The notes under the pieces were generated by a model. The model saw only the letters and a program-made list of their open reading frames with translations, ran no database searches and was not told the DNA's origin. A program made the position numbers and the translations under genes. A DNA stretch of 64,000 nt from contig VBIQ01000024.1 of NCBI GenBank assembly GCA_005880985.1, positions 6,429 through 70,428 on the forward strand. Reading direction: 5' to 3'. The stretch comes from Chloroflexota bacterium (GTDB lineage Bacteria; Chloroflexota; Dormibacteria; Aeolococcales; Aeolococcaceae). Of this stretch, positions 54,170 to 64,000 are shown in pieces. Every line of letters begins with the position of its first letter. Position 1 is the stretch's first letter.

Positions 54170-55258
54170 GTGCGCGTCACCCTGCTCGCCCCGCTGATCG
54201 CCCCGCTGCGGAGCAGCCAGGCTGGTGGTGCCGAGGCGGTGCTCTGCGATCTGGCGCGGGGCCTCCACCGGGCCGGTGAGGCGGTCGAGCTCGTCGCCCC
54301 CCGCGGCTCGCGGGTCCCCGGAGTCCCGCTCCGTCTTGGTCCCACCGCGGCCATCCCGGAGGCGAGGCACCGGTTCGACGCCCCGCCCCGCCTCGCCCCC
54401 GGGGCCCCGTGGCCGCCGCCCCTGGCGCCCGCCTACCTGCGACTGGCGGCGGAGCTGGCGGCGGACCGCGACCAGGTGATCCACAGCCACGCGCTCGACT
54501 GGCCCGCCTTCTACGCCACCGCCGCCACCGGCCTCCGCTGCCTGCACACCCTGCACCTGGGCCCGGTGGACCCGGCCACGGTGGCCGCCGCCCAGGCGGC
54601 GGCGGCGTGCCGCCCGCGACCGCGCTTCGCCGCGGTGAGCCGCTCCTGCGCGGCGCAGTGGCGCCCGCTGATCCCGGTCGACGCCGTGGTCCCCAATGGG
54701 GTCGATCCCGGCGCGATCCGCTTCGTCCCCCGCGCGTCCGCGGATGACCTGGCGGTGGTCGCCGGCAGGATCTCTCCGGAGAAGGGGACCCACCTCGCCC
54801 TTGCCGCCTGCCGGCGGGCGGGGATGCGGGTGCTGATGGCCGGCGAGGTCTACGACCGCCACTACTTCGACGAGCGGATCGCTCCCCGGCTCGACGACGA
54901 TGCCGTGCGATGGCTCGGCGCGGTGTCACGCCGGGGGCTGGGCGCGCTGCTGGGGCGGGCCGCGGTCGCTGTGGTCGCGTCGGTGTGGGAGGAGCCGTTC
55001 GGGATGGTCGCCCTCGAGGCCAACCTCGCCGGCACGCCCGTCGCCGGCTTTCGGCGCGGCGCGCTGCCCGAGGTGGTCGGCCGCAGCGGCGGGGTGCTCG
55101 CCGATGAGGTCGGCGTTGCCGCCCTCGCCGCCGCCATCACGGCCGCGCGGCGCTGCGACCGCGCGCGGGCGCGGCGGGCGGCCGAGACCCGTTTCCCCCT
55201 CGAGGCGATGGTCAACGCCTACCGCCGGCTCTACCGCCGGCTGGGGCAGGACGGGTGA
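54170..55258 (+). CDS. glycosyltransferase family 4 (GT-B, group 1)
   Basis: C-terminal GT1 signature ...FGMVALEANLAGTPVAGFRRGALPEVV. Confidence 0.75.
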   Translation: MRVTLLAPLIAPLRSSQAGGAEAVLCDLARGLHRAGEAVELVAPRGSRVPGVPLRLGPTAAIPEARHRFDAPPRLAPGAPWPPPLAPAYLRLAAELAADRDQVIHSHALDWPAFYATAATGLRCLHTLHLGPVDPATVAAAQAAAACRPRPRFAAVSRSCAAQWRPLIPVDAVVPNGVDPGAIRFVPRASADDLAVVAGRISPEKGTHLALAACRRAGMRVLMAGEVYDRHYFDERIAPRLDDDAVRWLGAVSRRGLGALLGRAAVAVVASVWEEPFGMVALEANLAGTPVAGFRRGALPEVVGRSGGVLADEVGVAALAAAITAARRCDRARARRAAETRFPLEAMVNAYRRLYRRLGQDG

Positions 55259-55950
55259 GCGATTCGGTTGCGGTCGTCACCGGTGCCGGACGGGGCATCG
55301 GTCGTGCCGTGGCGCTGCGCCTCGCCGCCGACGGGCACGCGGTCGTCGCCGCATCGCGCACCGCCGGCGACCTGGAGACGCTGGCGGCGGTGGCGAAGGA
55401 CGCGATCACGCCGCTCACCGCCGATGTGGCCGACGGCGACACGGCGCGGCGACTGCTCGCGACCGCGACCGCACGTGGGGCGCTGACCATCTGGGTGAAC
55501 AACGCTGCGGTGGTCGAGCCGCGCCCCTTCGCCGAGCTCGATCCGCAGAGCTGGGATGCGGTGCTCGACACCAACCTGCGTGGCGTCTATCTGGGGTGCC
55601 ACGCCGCCTTCAGGGCGATGAGCGAGCGTGGCGGCGGAGTCATCGTCAACATCGCCTCCCTCTCCGGGGTTGCCAACGTCGAGAAGTTCCCCGGGCTGAC
55701 CGCCTACAACGTGTCCAAGGCGGGGGTGATCGCCCTCACCGAGGCGGTTGCCCTCGAGGGCCGCGCCACCGGCGTGCGCTGCGTCTGTCTCAGCCCGGGA
55801 GCGGTTGACACCGAGATGCTGCGCCGTGCCGCTCCCCACCTGCGGCCCACCGTCACCCCCGAGGACGTCGCCGAGCTGGTCGCCTTCCTCGTCAGTCCCG
55901 CGGCGGCGCCGCTGAGCGGGGTCAACATCCCCATCTTCAGCAACGCCTGA
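55255..55950 (+). CDS. short-chain dehydrogenase/reductase (SDR) family oxidoreductase
   Basis: [12 protein letters not shown] Rossmann motif, NNAAV, and YNVSKAG (YxxxK). Confidence 0.8.
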   Translation: MSDSVAVVTGAGRGIGRAVALRLAADGHAVVAASRTAGDLETLAAVAKDAITPLTADVADGDTARRLLATATARGALTIWVNNAAVVEPRPFAELDPQSWDAVLDTNLRGVYLGCHAAFRAMSERGGGVIVNIASLSGVANVEKFPGLTAYNVSKAGVIALTEAVALEGRATGVRCVCLSPGAVDTEMLRRAAPHLRPTVTPEDVAELVAFLVSPAAAPLSGVNIPIFSNA

Positions 55951-55985
55951 GCCGGACGCTCCCAAGTGGCATAGTTGTCATCGCC

Positions 55986-56588
55986 ATGGCCCATCCCGCC
56001 CCCCTGTTCGAGCCGGACGCCCGCATCCCCGACGAGCTGAGCGCACACATCGATGCGGTGCTCCGGCTGCTCGGCGAGGATCCCGCCCGCGAGGGCCTGC
56101 TGCGAACCCCGCGGCGGGTGGCCGACACCCTGCGCTTCCTCTGCAGCGGATACGATCAGGACCTCGCCGACGTGGTCAACGGCGCCGTCTTCGCCGAGGA
56201 CTACGAAGAGATGGTGGTGGTGCGCGACATCGAGCTCTACAGCATCTGCGAGCACCATCTGCTTCCCTTCTACGGCAAGGCGCACGTCGCCTATCTCCCT
56301 CGGGGGCGCATCGTCGGACTCAGCAAGCTCCCCCGCATCGTCGACGTCTTCGCCCGCCGCCTGCAGGTGCAGGAACGTCTCACCACCCAGATCGCCGAGG
56401 CCCTTGACAGCGCCCTCGCCCCGCACGGCGTTGCGGTGGTCATCGAGGCGGCGCACCTCTGCATGATGATGCGAGGCGTGCAGAAGCAGAACAGCCAGAC
56501 GGTGACCTCCTGCATGCTCGGCTCCTTCCGCGAGGACGAGAAGTCGCGCACCGAGTTCCTCGAACTCATCCACGCCCACTCGAGCTGA
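55986..56588 (+). CDS. folE: GTP cyclohydrolase I
   Basis: ...[46 protein letters not shown]... Confidence 0.9.
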   Translation: MAHPAPLFEPDARIPDELSAHIDAVLRLLGEDPAREGLLRTPRRVADTLRFLCSGYDQDLADVVNGAVFAEDYEEMVVVRDIELYSICEHHLLPFYGKAHVAYLPRGRIVGLSKLPRIVDVFARRLQVQERLTTQIAEALDSALAPHGVAVVIEAAHLCMMMRGVQKQNSQTVTSCMLGSFREDEKSRTEFLELIHAHSS

Positions 56589-56604
56589 TCGAGAGCACGC
56601 ACCG

Positions 56605-57549
56605 ATGAGCGCCGCCGGCTGGGTGGGCGGGGCGCTGCTGGCGGCGACGCCGATGCCCCGACCGGTCCGCTACCGACTGCGCCTGCGGCATGCCGACGCC
56701 GCCCGGAGTGCCGACGCGATCGCCGGCGCCGCGCTGCCGGTAGTGCTCACCACGGTGGTGCTCACCGCGGTGCTGGCGGCGGTGCCGGTGGTCGCAGCGG
56801 GTCTCCGGCCGCTGTGGGCCGGGGTCGCGATCGGCCTGCTCACCGGCGTCCCCTTCGTGCTCGAGCGGCGGGGACTGCGGCGGCGGCTGCAGGGCATGAC
56901 GCTCCCGCCGGATCCGGTCGACCAGCTTCCCGACGACATCGACCTCGACGCGGTCGTGGCGACGGTGAGGTCGGCCGGTGATGCGCCCGACCTCGACGGC
57001 ATGCGCGTTCTCGCCCTCGCCACCGCCTCGGTGGGCGACAGCAGATCGGCGCGCGCCTACGCGCTGCGAACGGCTCAGCTCGATCCCGAGCGGTGGGAGG
57101 TGCTCCTCGAGACCGGCTGGACGCTCTGCCTGCGGGGGCGGTTCGGCGAGGGGGTGAGGCTGCTCGACCGCGCCTCCCAACTGCGCTCCGGTGACCCGCG
57201 CTCGGAGCGTGTCCATGCCGCCGGACTCCTGCTCGCCGGCCGGCTGCGCGACGCTGTGGCCGCGCTCAATCGTGCCGAGGGACGTCCCGGCGAGCGCCCG
57301 CTGGGACTGGCGCGGCGCTCAGCGAACCCCGAGCAGAGCGACGTCCAGCTGCACCAGCAACGCACCCGCACCGCACAGGCCGACTCCGAAGACGAGGTGG
57401 GCCCAGCGGATCGGCGGCCGGTCGCTGCGCCGCCGGATCCGCGAGAGGATGGTGACGCCCACGATGCCGAGCCCACCCGCGAGGAGGATCACCGCGGGGA
57501 CACCGATCAGACTGCGCGCGAGGTCACGCATGGCGGCCCGGAACGGTAG
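56605..57549 (+). CDS. hypothetical membrane-anchored protein (real C-terminal end probably near 57300; may be partly frame read-through)
   Basis: N-terminal TM helices and a helical-repeat-like middle. The 3' part overlaps a convergent small 2-TM ORF (57319..57531, minus) and is Arg/Asp-rich. Confidence 0.2.
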   Translation: MSAAGWVGGALLAATPMPRPVRYRLRLRHADAARSADAIAGAALPVVLTTVVLTAVLAAVPVVAAGLRPLWAGVAIGLLTGVPFVLERRGLRRRLQGMTLPPDPVDQLPDDIDLDAVVATVRSAGDAPDLDGMRVLALATASVGDSRSARAYALRTAQLDPERWEVLLETGWTLCLRGRFGEGVRLLDRASQLRSGDPRSERVHAAGLLLAGRLRDAVAALNRAEGRPGERPLGLARRSANPEQSDVQLHQQRTRTAQADSEDEVGPADRRPVAAPPDPREDGDAHDAEPTREEDHRGDTDQTAREVTHGGPER

Positions 57550-57579
57550 CAGGCGGGGTCGCCCGTACCATGGACGCGA

Positions 57580-58701
57580 ATGGACGGCCGGCCTGCGCTC
57601 AGCACTCTCAGCCCGGACGAGCTGAGCCCGATTCTCGCCGAGCTGGGAGTCCCCCCGTGGCGGGGTCGACAGCTCACCAACGCGCTCTGGCATCCCGGCG
57701 TTGTCGCGCTGCACGAGGTGCTCCAGCTGCCGGCGCGGTTGCGCGCGCGCCTCGACGAGCGGGTTCGGTTCTGCACCGTGGACGAGGCGATCACCACCGA
57801 GGCCGACTCCGGGCTCACCGTCAAGTTGCTCTGCCGTCTGTCCGGTGGCGAGACGGTGGAGACGGTGGCGATGGAATCGCCGGCGCACGGCGGCCGCCGG
57901 CGGCGGGCGACGGTGTGCGTCAGCAGCCAGGTCGGCTGCGCGGTGGGCTGTCCCTTCTGCGCCACCGGGCGGCTCGGCCTGCGCCGCGACTGCACCGCGG
58001 CAGAGATCGTCGACCAGGTGCGGGTGGCGGGGGCGGCGCTCCACGCCCGCGGCCTCGGCCCGGTGACGCACGTCGTCTACATGGGAATGGGTGAGCCGCT
58101 GGCGAACTACGACGCCACCGTCGCCTCGGTGCGAACCCTGGCCGCGGGGATGGGTATCAGCCCGCGGCGCATCACCGTCTCCACCAGCGGCGTGGTCCCC
58201 GCCATCGAGCGGCTTGCCCGCGAAGGTCTGCCGCTCACCCTGGCGATCTCCCTGCACGCCGTCGACGACCCGCTGCGCGACCGCCTGGTGCCGCTCAACC
58301 GCGCTCACCGCCTGGCCGCGCTGGTGGACGCCGGCGCCGACTACGCGCGGCGCACCGGCCGCCGCCTCACCTTCGAGTGGTGCCTGATCGGCGGGGTGAA
58401 CGACCGCCCCGAGGACGCCGACGGTCTGCGCCTGCTGGCCCGCCGCACCCACGCCCACGTCAACGTGATCCCGATGAACCGTATCGACGGCAGCCCGTGG
58501 GGGCCTCCCGACAGCGCCACCACGGCCGCGTTCCTGCAGCGTTTGCAGGGAGCGCGGACCACCGTGCGCGACACCCGTGGCGGCACCGCCGACGCCGGCT
58601 GCGGCCAGCTCCGTGCCGCCCTGGAGGAGCGTCGCGAGCTGCGCGGCGACGGCAGCCTCGGCCCGCCTCGACGCGGCGCCGCCGCGGGCGCGACCCGGTG
58701 A
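57580..58701 (+). CDS. rlmN: 23S rRNA/tRNA m2A methyltransferase, radical SAM
   Basis: CxxxCxxC (CAVGCPFC) and the conserved RlmN N-terminus ...LGVPPWRGRQL... Confidence 0.9.
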   Translation: MDGRPALSTLSPDELSPILAELGVPPWRGRQLTNALWHPGVVALHEVLQLPARLRARLDERVRFCTVDEAITTEADSGLTVKLLCRLSGGETVETVAMESPAHGGRRRRATVCVSSQVGCAVGCPFCATGRLGLRRDCTAAEIVDQVRVAGAALHARGLGPVTHVVYMGMGEPLANYDATVASVRTLAAGMGISPRRITVSTSGVVPAIERLAREGLPLTLAISLHAVDDPLRDRLVPLNRAHRLAALVDAGADYARRTGRRLTFEWCLIGGVNDRPEDADGLRLLARRTHAHVNVIPMNRIDGSPWGPPDSATTAAFLQRLQGARTTVRDTRGGTADAGCGQLRAALEERRELRGDGSLGPPRRGAAAGATR

Positions 58702-59795
58702 CCGCGGCCGACCAGCGCTTCATGGCGCTCGCCCTCGAGGCGGCGGCGAGCGCCGACTACTGGACCAGCCCCAACCCGATGGTGGGCGCGGTGGTGGTGC
58801 GCGACGGGCAGGTGATCGCCACCGGGTATCACGCGCGTGCCGGTGAGCCGCATGCCGAGGTGGTCGCGCTGCAGGCGGCGGGCGAGGCGGCCCGCGGCGC
58901 CGACCTCTATCTCACCCTCGAGCCCTGCACCCGGACCGGCCGCACCCCGCCCTGCGTCGAAGCGGTGACCGCCTCCGGGATTCGCCGGTGTGTTGTCGCC
59001 ATGCAGGACCCAAACCCGGATGAGAACGGGCGGGGCATCGCCGCCCTGCGGGCTGCGGGGATCACCGTCGAGGTGGGAGTCGGAGACGCCGAGGCGCGCC
59101 GGCTCAACGAGTTCTACGTCAAGCACATCACCACCGGCCTTCCCTTCGTCACCGCCAAGTTCGCCAGCTCGCTCGACGGCCGTATCGCCACCAGCAGCGG
59201 CGACTCCCGCTGGATCACCTCCGACGAGGCGCGGCTACGGGTGCAGCGGCTGCGCCACGCCCACGACGCGATCCTGGTCGGCGCCAACACCGTGATCCGT
59301 GACGACCCCAACCTGACCACCCGGCTGCCCGGCGGCGGCCGCTCGCCGTTGCGGGTGGTGATCGACAGCCGCCTGCGCATTCCCGTCGAGGCGCGCATCT
59401 TCCGGCAGGAGAGCGGCAGCGTCCTGGTGGCCACCAGCGACCGCGCCCGCGCCGACCGCGCCCGGCAGTTCGAGGAGCGCGGCATCCAGCTCGAGGTTTT
59501 CCCGGCCACCGAGGGCCGGGTGAGCCTCGACCACCTCTTCCGCCGCCTCGGCAGACAGGGCGTCATCAGCGTGCTCGTCGAAGGCGGAGGGTCGGTCCAC
59601 GGCTCCGCCTTCGACGCCGGCCTGGTCGACAAGGTGGTTGCCTTCATCGCTCCCCGGATCATCGGCGGCGTCGAATCGCCCGCCGCCGTCGGGGGGCACG
59701 GACCCGACCGTCTCACCGACTCCTGGACGCTGCGCGACGTCGAGGTCGCCCGCGTCGGCCCCGACTTGATGGTCACCGGCTACCCTGTGCGGTAG
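58698..59795 (+). CDS. ribD: bifunctional riboflavin biosynthesis deaminase/reductase
   Basis: GTG overlaps the rlmN stop. Deaminase motifs HAEVVAL and TLEPCTRTGRTPPC are present, with a C-terminal reductase domain. Confidence 0.85.
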   Translation: MTAADQRFMALALEAAASADYWTSPNPMVGAVVVRDGQVIATGYHARAGEPHAEVVALQAAGEAARGADLYLTLEPCTRTGRTPPCVEAVTASGIRRCVVAMQDPNPDENGRGIAALRAAGITVEVGVGDAEARRLNEFYVKHITTGLPFVTAKFASSLDGRIATSSGDSRWITSDEARLRVQRLRHAHDAILVGANTVIRDDPNLTTRLPGGGRSPLRVVIDSRLRIPVEARIFRQESGSVLVATSDRARADRARQFEERGIQLEVFPATEGRVSLDHLFRRLGRQGVISVLVEGGGSVHGSAFDAGLVDKVVAFIAPRIIGGVESPAAVGGHGPDRLTDSWTLRDVEVARVGPDLMVTGYPVR

Positions 59796-59815
59796 GAGAT
59801 CGGTGGACGACAACG

Positions 59816-60421
59816 ATGTTCAGCGGCATCATCGAGGAGCTGGGGCGGGTGTCCGACAACGCCATCGCCACCAGCGGCAGGTTAGAGGTGGCCGCCACCG
59901 CGGTGGTTCGCGACCTGGCGGTCGGTGACAGCGTCGCCGTCAACGGCTGCTGCCTGACGGTGGTCGAGACCTCGGCGTCGGGCTTCGGCGTCGAGGTGAT
60001 GCCGGAGACGGCCCGACGGACCAATCTCGAGCCTCTGCGGGTGGGCGACCCGGTGAACCTCGAGGCGTCGATGGCCTACGGAGACCGGGTGGGCGGCCAC
60101 CTGGTCAGCGGTCACATCGACGCCGCCGGCACCGTGGTCGATCTGCGCGATGAGGGCAACGCTCGCTGGGTGACCATCCGCGCTCCGGAGGCGGTGATGC
60201 GCTACATCGTCGCCCAGGGCTGTGTCGCGGTCGACGGCATTAGCCTGACCGTGGTCGAGGTGCTCGCCGACCGCTTCACCGTGTCGCTGATCCCCCACAC
60301 CGTCGCCGTGACCAGCGCCGAGGTCTGGCGGCCGGGCGCCGCGGTCAACCTCGAGGCCGACCTGGTCGCCAAGTACGTGGAGCGGAGCCTGATGGCCCAC
60401 GCCGCGGGCTCGGTCGGGTAG
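59816..60421 (+). CDS. ribE: riboflavin synthase alpha chain
   Basis: MFSGIIEELGRV... with duplicated lumazine-binding half-domains. Confidence 0.9.
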   Translation: MFSGIIEELGRVSDNAIATSGRLEVAATAVVRDLAVGDSVAVNGCCLTVVETSASGFGVEVMPETARRTNLEPLRVGDPVNLEASMAYGDRVGGHLVSGHIDAAGTVVDLRDEGNARWVTIRAPEAVMRYIVAQGCVAVDGISLTVVEVLADRFTVSLIPHTVAVTSAEVWRPGAAVNLEADLVAKYVERSLMAHAAGSVG

Positions 60422-60429
60422 GGACCGCC

Positions 60430-61668
60430 ATGCCGCTCGCGCGCGTCGACGACGCCATCGAGGATGTCAAGCAGGGGCGCTACGTCATCATCGTGGACGA
60501 CGAAGATCGCGAGAACGAGGGTGACCTGGCGATCGCCGCCGACCGGATCAGCCCGGAGGCGGTCAACTTCATGGCGACCCATGCGCGCGGGCTCGTCTGT
60601 GTCGCCTGCGAGGGATGGCGGCTCGACGAGCTCGGTCTTGCCGCCATGGTGGACCGCAACACCGCCCACCACGGCACCGCCTTCACCGTCAGCATCGACG
60701 CGGTGGGTCGCGGCGTCACCACCGGCATCTCCGCCTACGACCGGGCAGCCACCATCCGCCTGCTCTGCGAGGACCCGGCCACCGCAGCCGACTTCGCCCG
60801 GCCGGGACACGTCTTTCCGCTGCGGGCCGCACCCGGCGGCGTCCTCGAGCGCGCCGGGCAGACCGAGGCGATCGTCGATCTGTGCAAGGCGGCGGGCCGG
60901 TTTCCGGCCGGGGTGATCTGCGAGATCATGCGCGAGGACGGCACCATGGCCCGGCGCCCGGATCTCGACGTCTTCGCCGCCGAGCACGGGCTGCGCATCG
61001 TCTCCGTCGCCGACCTGATCGCCTACCGCCGCCGCGCCGAGCGGCTGGTGGTCAAGGGCGCGGAGACGGTGCTGCCCACCGAATGGGCGACCTTCACCGC
61101 CCACGGCTACCAGGACGTCATCACTCGCAACACCCACGTGGCGCTCACCCTCGGGGACATCACCGACGGCGAGCCGGTGCTGGTGCGGGTGCACAGCGAA
61201 TGCTTCACCGGTGACGTGCTCGGCTCGCAGCGCTGCGACTGCCAGGCCCAGCTGCAGCGGGCGATGGCGATCATCGGCGTCGAGGGCCGCGGGGTGATCC
61301 TCTATCTGCGCCAGGAGGGGCGTGGCATCGGCCTGATGGACAAGCTCCGCGCCTACGCCCTGCAGGACCGCGGCTTCGACACCGTGCAGGCCAACGAGCA
61401 CCTGGGACTTCCCGTCGACGCTCGCGACTACGGCATCGGCCAGCAGATCCTCGCTGACCTCGGCGTGACCAAGATCCGGGTGCTGACCAACAACCCGAAG
61501 AAGTACTACGCCCTGGCCGCCTACGGCCTCGAGGTCGTCGAGCAGGTGCCGCTGGTGATTCCGCCGACAGCGCACAGCGAGCGCTACCTGCGAACCAAGC
61601 GTGACAAGCTCGGTCACCTCTTTGGACCCTTCGCCGATCGACCGGCGGGAGAGAGCGACACCGCGTAG
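60430..61668 (+). CDS. ribBA: bifunctional 3,4-dihydroxy-2-butanone-4-phosphate synthase / GTP cyclohydrolase II
   Basis: DHBP synthase N-half ([15 protein letters not shown]) and GCHII C-half ([19 protein letters not shown]). Confidence 0.9.
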   Translation: MPLARVDDAIEDVKQGRYVIIVDDEDRENEGDLAIAADRISPEAVNFMATHARGLVCVACEGWRLDELGLAAMVDRNTAHHGTAFTVSIDAVGRGVTTGISAYDRAATIRLLCEDPATAADFARPGHVFPLRAAPGGVLERAGQTEAIVDLCKAAGRFPAGVICEIMREDGTMARRPDLDVFAAEHGLRIVSVADLIAYRRRAERLVVKGAETVLPTEWATFTAHGYQDVITRNTHVALTLGDITDGEPVLVRVHSECFTGDVLGSQRCDCQAQLQRAMAIIGVEGRGVILYLRQEGRGIGLMDKLRAYALQDRGFDTVQANEHLGLPVDARDYGIGQQILADLGVTKIRVLTNNPKKYYALAAYGLEVVEQVPLVIPPTAHSERYLRTKRDKLGHLFGPFADRPAGESDTA

Positions 61669-61738
61669 CCGGGGCCAGCGCGCCGTCGAGGATGCTCGAG
61701 CCCCTGCCCGCCGCAGGCGTGTGAGAACATCGCGGGCG

Positions 61739-62236
61739 ATGGAGGTCGAGGCCGGCAAGCTCATCGCCACCGGGATGCGCTTCGGGCTGGTGGTGGGCCG
61801 TTTCAACGACGTGGTGGCCCAGCGGTTGCTCGAGGGCGCGGTCGACACCCTGGTCCGTCACGGCGCCGACGAGGGTGACCTCACCGTCATCTGGGTGCCG
61901 GGCAGCTTCGAGATCCCCCTGGCGGCGCAGGAGCTGGCGGGGGCGGGCGGCGTCGACGCTGTCATCGCCATCGGCGTGGTGGTGCGCGGTGAGACCCCGC
62001 ACTTCGACTACGTGGCCGGCGAGGTCGCCCGCGGAGTCGGGGCGGTGTCGATGCAGACGCGGGTGCCGGTGACATTCGGCGTGGTCACCGCCGAGACCAT
62101 GGAGCAGGCGGTCGACCGGGCTGGGGGCAAGCACGGCAACAAGGGAGCCGACGCGGCTCTGGCGGCGATCGAGATGATCTCGCTGCTGCGCGCCCTGCGA
62201 GCTCCCCGCAGCGGCCGCCGACGCATCGCCGGGTAG
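61739..62236 (+). CDS. ribH: 6,7-dimethyl-8-ribityllumazine synthase
   Basis: ...[22 protein letters not shown]...[15 protein letters not shown]... The start is at Met47 of track ORF 61601..62236. Confidence 0.9.
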   Translation: MEVEAGKLIATGMRFGLVVGRFNDVVAQRLLEGAVDTLVRHGADEGDLTVIWVPGSFEIPLAAQELAGAGGVDAVIAIGVVVRGETPHFDYVAGEVARGVGAVSMQTRVPVTFGVVTAETMEQAVDRAGGKHGNKGADAALAAIEMISLLRALRAPRSGRRRIAG

Positions 62237-62258
62237 CACGAGAGGATCGCGGCGCAGA

Positions 62259-63167
62259 TTGCGCATCGTCTCGCTTCTGCCCAGCGCGACCGAGCTGCTC
62301 TTCGCCATCGGCGCCGGTGAGGAGGTGGTCGCCGTCACTCACGAGTGCGACCATCCCGTCGCGGTTCGCTCGCTTCCCGCCGTCACCAGCAGTGCCATCG
62401 GCCACCGCGGCCAGAGCTGCGCCGCTATCGACCGCCACATCCGGCGCGCGGTGCACCAGGGATCGAGCATCTATCGCATCGACGAGCCGCTGCTGGCACA
62501 ACTGTCACCGGACCTGATCGTCACCCAGGAGCTCTGCGAGGTGTGCGCCGTCGCCTACGCCGAGGTGCAGCGTTGCGCCCGCCGCCTGCCGGGCGACGTG
62601 CCGGTGCTGAGCCTCGAGCCCAACACCATCGAGGACATCCTCGCCACCGCCCACGTCCTCGGTGAGGCGACCGCGCATCGGAGTGGCGCCGACGCCCTGG
62701 CCGCGCGGATGCGCGCCGCCATCGCCGCGCGGCGCGCCCAACCGGCGCCGGAGCCGCGGCCGGCGGTCGTCTGCGTCGAGTGGACCGATCCCCTGATGGC
62801 CGCCGGCCACTGGGTGCCGGAGATGGTGGACGCCGCCGGAGGTCGCGACCCGCTCGGCAGGCGGGGTGGGAGGTCCGAGTACGTCGACTGGGAGCAGGTG
62901 GTCGCCGCCGCCCCCGAGGTGATGGTGCTGATGCCGTGCGGCTTCGGGCTGGAGCGGAGTCTCGAGACCGCCGCCGACCTGACCCGCCGCCCGGGGTTCG
63001 ACCGCCTTCCCAGCGCCCGCAGCGGCCGGGTCGCTGCGGTGGACGGTTCCGCCTACTTCAACCGGCCCGGCCCGCGGGTGGTCGAGGGGCTGGAGCTGCT
63101 GGCCGCCATCGTCCGCGGGGGGCCCGGCGACGCCCTGCCGGCGGGCGCCGCCTGGGTGCCGCTCTGA
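62259..63167 (+). CDS. BtuF/TroA-like (cluster A-II) ABC-transporter substrate-binding-fold protein, cobalamin-binding-like, no signal peptide
   Basis: MRIVSLLPSATELLFAIGAGEEVVAVTHECDHP... matches the B12-binding periplasmic-binding-protein N-terminus. Confidence 0.55.
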   Translation: MRIVSLLPSATELLFAIGAGEEVVAVTHECDHPVAVRSLPAVTSSAIGHRGQSCAAIDRHIRRAVHQGSSIYRIDEPLLAQLSPDLIVTQELCEVCAVAYAEVQRCARRLPGDVPVLSLEPNTIEDILATAHVLGEATAHRSGADALAARMRAAIAARRAQPAPEPRPAVVCVEWTDPLMAAGHWVPEMVDAAGGRDPLGRRGGRSEYVDWEQVVAAAPEVMVLMPCGFGLERSLETAADLTRRPGFDRLPSARSGRVAAVDGSAYFNRPGPRVVEGLELLAAIVRGGPGDALPAGAAWVPL

Positions 63168-63676
63168 GCCGCACCTCCGGCGAGCCGATCGCCGTCCGCT
63201 GGAGCGACGAGGCCGGCGAAGGCTCGGCGCGGCGCGAGGTGATCCGCAGCGCCTGGCACGGCGCCTACCGCGGCATCTTCACCGCCGCCGAGATCGACGC
63301 CGTCTTCGACGGCCGCAGCCAGATGCAGGGCAGCTGGCTGGAGCGGCGGCGGGGCTACCTGGGCAGCCTGGTGGCAGAGGCCGGTGGCGCCATCGTCGGG
63401 GTGGCCGGGGTGGGGACGCTGGCCGGCGGCGACGGCGAGCTCGGCGCCCTCTACGTGCTCCCCGAGTGGCAGGGAAGGGGAGTGGGCACTCGGTTGTGGG
63501 AGGCGGTGGTCGCCGGTCTGCGCGAGCGCGGCTTCGCCCGCCTGCAGGTCTGGACCATGGAGAGGGCCGCCGCCCGCCGCTTCTATGAGGCGCGGGGCTG
63601 CCGGCTGGCCGAGCGGGGTGTGTTCCAGGTCGGCTGGCATCGCGAGCCCGCGGTGGCCTACGTCCTCGACCTCTGA
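63158..63676 (+). CDS. GNAT-family N-acetyltransferase (start uncertain; no canonical start before the first beta-strand, GTG candidate at ~63239)
   Basis: ...VAEAGGAIVGVAGVG...LYVLPEWQGRGVGTRLWEAVVAGLRERGFARLQVWT... (acetyl-CoA binding Q/RxxGxG/A). Confidence 0.55.
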   Translation, partial: AALSRTSGEPIAVRWSDEAGEGSARREVIRSAWHGAYRGIFTAAEIDAVFDGRSQMQGSWLERRRGYLGSLVAEAGGAIVGVAGVGTLAGGDGELGALYVLPEWQGRGVGTRLWEAVVAGLRERGFARLQVWTMERAAARRFYEARGCRLAERGVFQVGWHREPAVAYVLDL

Positions 63677-63698
63677 TCGGGCGCGGCCGGGAGGACGG

Positions 63699-63887
63699 TT
63701 AGCGCGCCGCCTTGCTCTGGGTGCGGATGCAGCGGGTGCAGACCCGGGCCTTGACCAGCCGGCCCTTGACCACCAGGTGGGTGGGCTGCAGGTTGGGCAT
63801 GAAGCGCCGGTTGGTGCGCACCTTCGAGTGGCTGACGTTGTGACCGGTCATCGGCCGCTTGCCGCAGATGTCGCAGCGCTTCGCCAT
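63699..63887 (-). CDS. rpmB: 50S ribosomal protein L28 (zinc-ribbon C+ form)
   Basis: [34 protein letters not shown]...VCTRCIRT. This is Met23 of track ORF 63699..63953. Confidence 0.8.
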   Translation of the reverse strand: MAKRCDICGKRPMTGHNVSHSKVRTNRRFMPNLQPTHLVVKGRLVKARVCTRCIRTQSKAAR

Positions 63888-64000
63888 CGGTGCTACTCGT
63901 CCTTCACTGGTGGAGGTGGTCGGGGCGGCGACGATGGCCGCGAATGCGATCACCCATACTAAAATGTCGCGTCCCGACCCCCGGCCACTTCCGGGCAGCG

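Noticed and set aside
56566-57549. Overlapping ORFs 56566-57216(-), 57075-57476(-), 57191-57625(+) between folE and rlmN
   Set aside because: They have mutually overlapping, Arg-rich frames. Only the plus-strand membrane-protein candidate (56605 onward) and a possible 70-aa 2-TM minus ORF (about 57319-57531) have protein-like composition, and both are kept at low confidence.

Overview
This 64 kb window is high-GC (~72%) chromosomal DNA, Actinomycetota-like in gene content. It carries a TIGR03086/DinB-like protein, separate ATP-dependent DNA ligase and LigD polymerase genes, and a rib operon with rlmN, folE and rpmB. The left end holds a Tad/Flp-pilus module on the minus strand (cpaB, cpaF, tadB, tadC). 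It is followed by a tRNA-Leu(GAG) and a ribbon-helix-helix/MazF toxin-antitoxin pair, then menG-like and Mo-oxidoreductase genes. The centre (about 9.3-37.4 kb) is the unusual part. There are six tandem plus-strand genes (324 to 1463 aa) for very acidic, repeat-dominated proteins without Sec signal peptides. All six share a ~75-aa N-terminal domain resembling Nif11/NHLP-type RiPP leader peptides, followed by a conserved 'LGQRLSKSSLFG' plus Gly-run junction. No C39-peptidase ABC transporter is present in the window. Instead the cluster is interleaved with or flanked by a zinc-ribbon/FHA/M50 site-2-type membrane metalloprotease that is translationally coupled to a membrane pseudokinase. Also adjacent are a PrsW/CPBP-like intramembrane protease, a LAL-type (AAA+LuxR) regulator co-operonic with an FHA-fused degenerate CpaF-like ATPase, a Hanks-type Ser/Thr kinase with poly-proline tail, and a vWA membrane protein. 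I interpret this as a candidate undescribed leader-dependent export/processing system for giant repeat proteins, perhaps controlled by FHA/STPK signalling. The right third holds a ceramidase-like/PKD secreted hydrolase, NHEJ genes, an adenylate cyclase, a PQQ beta-propeller protein, a GGDEF-EAL sensor, an S8 protease with a (SGGQW)n tail, a secreted 6x41-aa repeat protein, a DUF427 protein, GT4/SDR genes and folE-rlmN-ribD-ribE-ribBA-ribH. Many long antisense ORFs in the six-frame track are GC-driven artefacts and were discarded. Coordinates of refined starts were derived from the ORF track plus residue index and are approximate (within about 3 nt).
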